Part shown: one piece after another, positions 62,383 to 64,000 of the stretch
How positions within the stretch are numbered: position 1 is the stretch's first letter
How the letters are laid out: each line of letters starts with the position of its first letter
DNA from: Pyrinomonadaceae bacterium
GTDB taxonomy: Bacteria; Acidobacteriota; Blastocatellia; Pyrinomonadales; Pyrinomonadaceae
Reading direction: 5' to 3'
DNA: 64,000 bases
NCBI GenBank assembly: GCA_050250045.1
Contig: JBFWPK010000014.1
Coordinates: forward strand, 20,841-84,840
Position numbers and translations under genes: made by a program
Notes under the pieces: model-generated
Database searches by the model: none
What the model was told of the DNA's origin: nothing
What the model saw: the letters and a program-made list of their open reading frames with translations, nothing else

Positions 62383-62835
62383 TTAATCCCAAATATATTT
62401 CTCGTCAAATTCGATCTCGTACTTCTTAAAGAAAACTCGCATTTCGTCCTCAAACAATTTTTTTCGATGGTGCTCCAATTGATCCTCGATATATCGTTCG
62501 ACGTCTCGAACTTGCGTGTGCCCAACTGTGAATGCTGCATAACCGTCCTGCCATGCAAATTTTGTCAACATTCCACCGCCAGTTTTCATCCACTTTGAAG
62601 AATCCCGCTTGATGGCACCGACCAGATCCGGGATCAGGAAATTCTTGCCGACGGAGATCAAAAGATGAATATGATTAGCCGTGCCTCCTGCTTTGAGCAA
62701 TCTGCCTCCAAAGTTGCGGACGATACCGCCGATATAGGCAAACAACTCCGCCTGTTTCTCGGTAGGGATCAGATCAACACGATTCTTCGTTGAGAACACG
62801 ATGTGAAAATACGCGTTGAATATCGTTTGGGCCAT
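62383..62835 (-). mobile_element. IS200/IS605-family Y1 (HUH) transposase, RAYT-like
   Basis: MAQTIFNAYFHIVFSTKNR. HUH motif ANHIHLL. Catalytic Tyr context VERYIEDQ. ATG at 62835. Flanked by hairpin repeats. Confidence 0.85.
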
Positions 62836-62848
62836 CGGTTTTGTGATT

Positions 62849-63151
62849 GTCCCTGAAAGGGAGTCATTCAATAGCGTCGGGTCCAACCCGACGCTAACCA
62901 ATCATAACGCCCGCACGTCCCTGAAGGGGACGAACGGAACGGCGGTGTTATTCGTCCCTTACAGGGACGCGTCTCTCTGTTCCGTCGTGTCGTCGGGATG
63001 CTCCCGACGTTTAAAGATCATAACTCCCGCACGTCCCTGAAGGGGACGAACGGAAACGCCGTGTCGTGTGTCCCTTACAGGGACGCGTCTCTCTGTTGCA
63101 TCGTGTCGTCGGGATGCTCCCGACGCTATTAACTTTGTCCCCGTTGGGGAC
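62849..63151. repeat. REP-like hairpin array upstream of the Y1 transposase gene, including two 116-bp tandem units
   Basis: GTCCCTGAAAGGGAG + GTCGGGTCCAACCCGAC repeats the left flank in direct orientation. Units at 62910-63009 and 63026-63125 each hold GTCCCTGAAGGGGAC, GTCCCTTACAGGGAC and GTCGGGATGCTCCCGAC. GTCCCCGTTGGGGAC is at 63137-63151. Confidence 0.88.
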
Positions 63152-63157
63152 GATGTC

Positions 63158-64000
63158 TCAAACACTCACCTCAACGATCGTCATCGTATCGTTGCCAAAA
63201 ATATCGACGACCTTTACGGCGATCTTCCTGCGGCCGGGTTCGCATTCATGGAACACCGATTTCAATTCGATCGAACGGTCGCGTTTTGTGCGGAATGACT
63301 GCCATTCATTCTCAAATATATAATCGCCCGTCCAGACATCTTCATATTCGACCAGTGCCTGTTGATCCGCTTCCATACCCGGCAGTTTGTCGTCGGAGAT
63401 CAAAGGCTTTCGAATCGTTTCTTTTTTGCTTTCGTAATTAAAATCCACCGACCAATAATCAACCCAATCGGTCCATTTTTCGGTCAGAACCTCGCGGGTA
63501 ACTATTCCGTCCTTGTCTTTTGAGACCTTTATTATCTTTCCGGCTTCGACGACGATCTTCGATGCTTTATTTTTCAGCGACTGCTCGGCGTTTGCGACCG
63601 AATCCTGTGAATAAAAGACCGAAAAATCCGTGAGCTCTATCGCGACGGTTCTGCCCTTTATATGCGGCCTTACTTCTATATAAGAAACGTCGTGGAAAAC
63701 GACCTGATTCTTTTCGACAGCGCGTTTGTCGAATACTTCGGCGGGAATGTATTTTAACGAAAGGTCTATGCCAAGCGCCGCAGGGTCGATAACGGTAACC
63801 TCTTCTTTTTCATCCTTGTCCGTTTTTCGTTTACGTCGAATGGACGGGACAAGGCCCATTTCGAATTCAAAGCCGAGAATATCGATGCGGGTGATATGTT
63901 TTTGGACGCACTCACCCAGCACCTCTTCGACAAAGAGCCTCGATACCGGCAAATTGACCGGGCCGATCGCGACGAGGCGGCCGGCCTTTTTTCCCTGGAA
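63158..64000 (-). CDS. C-terminal part of a DNA methyltransferase (type III Mod-like), continues past window end
   Basis: The frame is open to position 64000 (FQGKKAGRLVAIGPVNLPVS...). The C-terminal tail ...VVDIFGNDTMTIVEVSV resembles what I recall of N6/N4 methylases paired with Res helicases. Catalytic motifs are outside the window. Confidence 0.6.
   Translation of the reverse strand, partial: FQGKKAGRLVAIGPVNLPVSRLFVEEVLGECVQKHITRIDILGFEFEMGLVPSIRRKRKTDKDEKEEVTVIDPAALGIDLSLKYIPAEVFDKRAVEKNQVVFHDVSYIEVRPHIKGRTVAIELTDFSVFYSQDSVANAEQSLKNKASKIVVEAGKIIKVSKDKDGIVTREVLTEKWTDWVDYWSVDFNYESKKETIRKPLISDDKLPGMEADQQALVEYEDVWTGDYIFENEWQSFRTKRDRSIELKSVFHECEPGRRKIAVKVVDIFGNDTMTIVEVSV

Noticed and set aside
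62836-62901. N-terminal extension of the Y1 transposase ORF
   Set aside because: It is composed of the flanking hairpin repeat. The family-typical start MAQTIFNAYFHIVFSTK is at 62835.

Overview
64-kb chromosomal window from a moderately GC-rich bacterium. Gene content and repeat style suggest a soil Acidobacteriota-like organism, but that is inference only. Housekeeping genes (era, aroA-aroK, nadB, dcd, comM, pepT) are interleaved with accessory modules. (1) A Sec-signal RHS polymorphic-toxin locus on the minus strand (3.1-12.7 kb) has an FG-GAP partner, an AHH-like toxin tip, an immunity gene, a start-less orphan toxin cassette with its own immunity gene, and a vestigial rhs fragment. (2) A dispersed kynurenine to 2-aminomuconate pathway: cyclase/formamidase, KMO, kynureninase, ACMSD, 3-hydroxyanthranilate dioxygenase, RidA-type deaminase candidate, aldehyde dehydrogenase. 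(3) At least six toxin-antitoxin modules (three MazF, BrnTA, PIN, nucleotidyltransferase). (4) An ECF sigma/anti-sigma/DUF4097 x2 operon. (5) A zinc-ribbon / M48-like / hyper-acidic protein operon. (6) A type III R-M system whose mod and res genes are separated by an IS200/RAYT-type Y1 transposase gene with REP-like hairpin arrays. I found no rRNA, tRNA, CRISPR or cas genes. The most unusual signal is non-genic. Several families of short palindromic REPIN-like repeats are present. One superfamily (28-31-bp arms around a GCGGTAGCG / CGCTACCGC core, often as inverted doublets of about 81-85 bp) is repeatedly inserted in frame inside conserved enzyme genes: KMO, kynureninase, cyclase, aldehyde dehydrogenase and a DmpA-type peptidase. 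All ORFs stay open, which resembles Rickettsia palindromic elements. Two separate arrays of exactly 21-bp-phased tandem repeats (11 units each) also occur. One consists of a 14-bp palindromic operator-like unit and sits upstream of the RHS operon.
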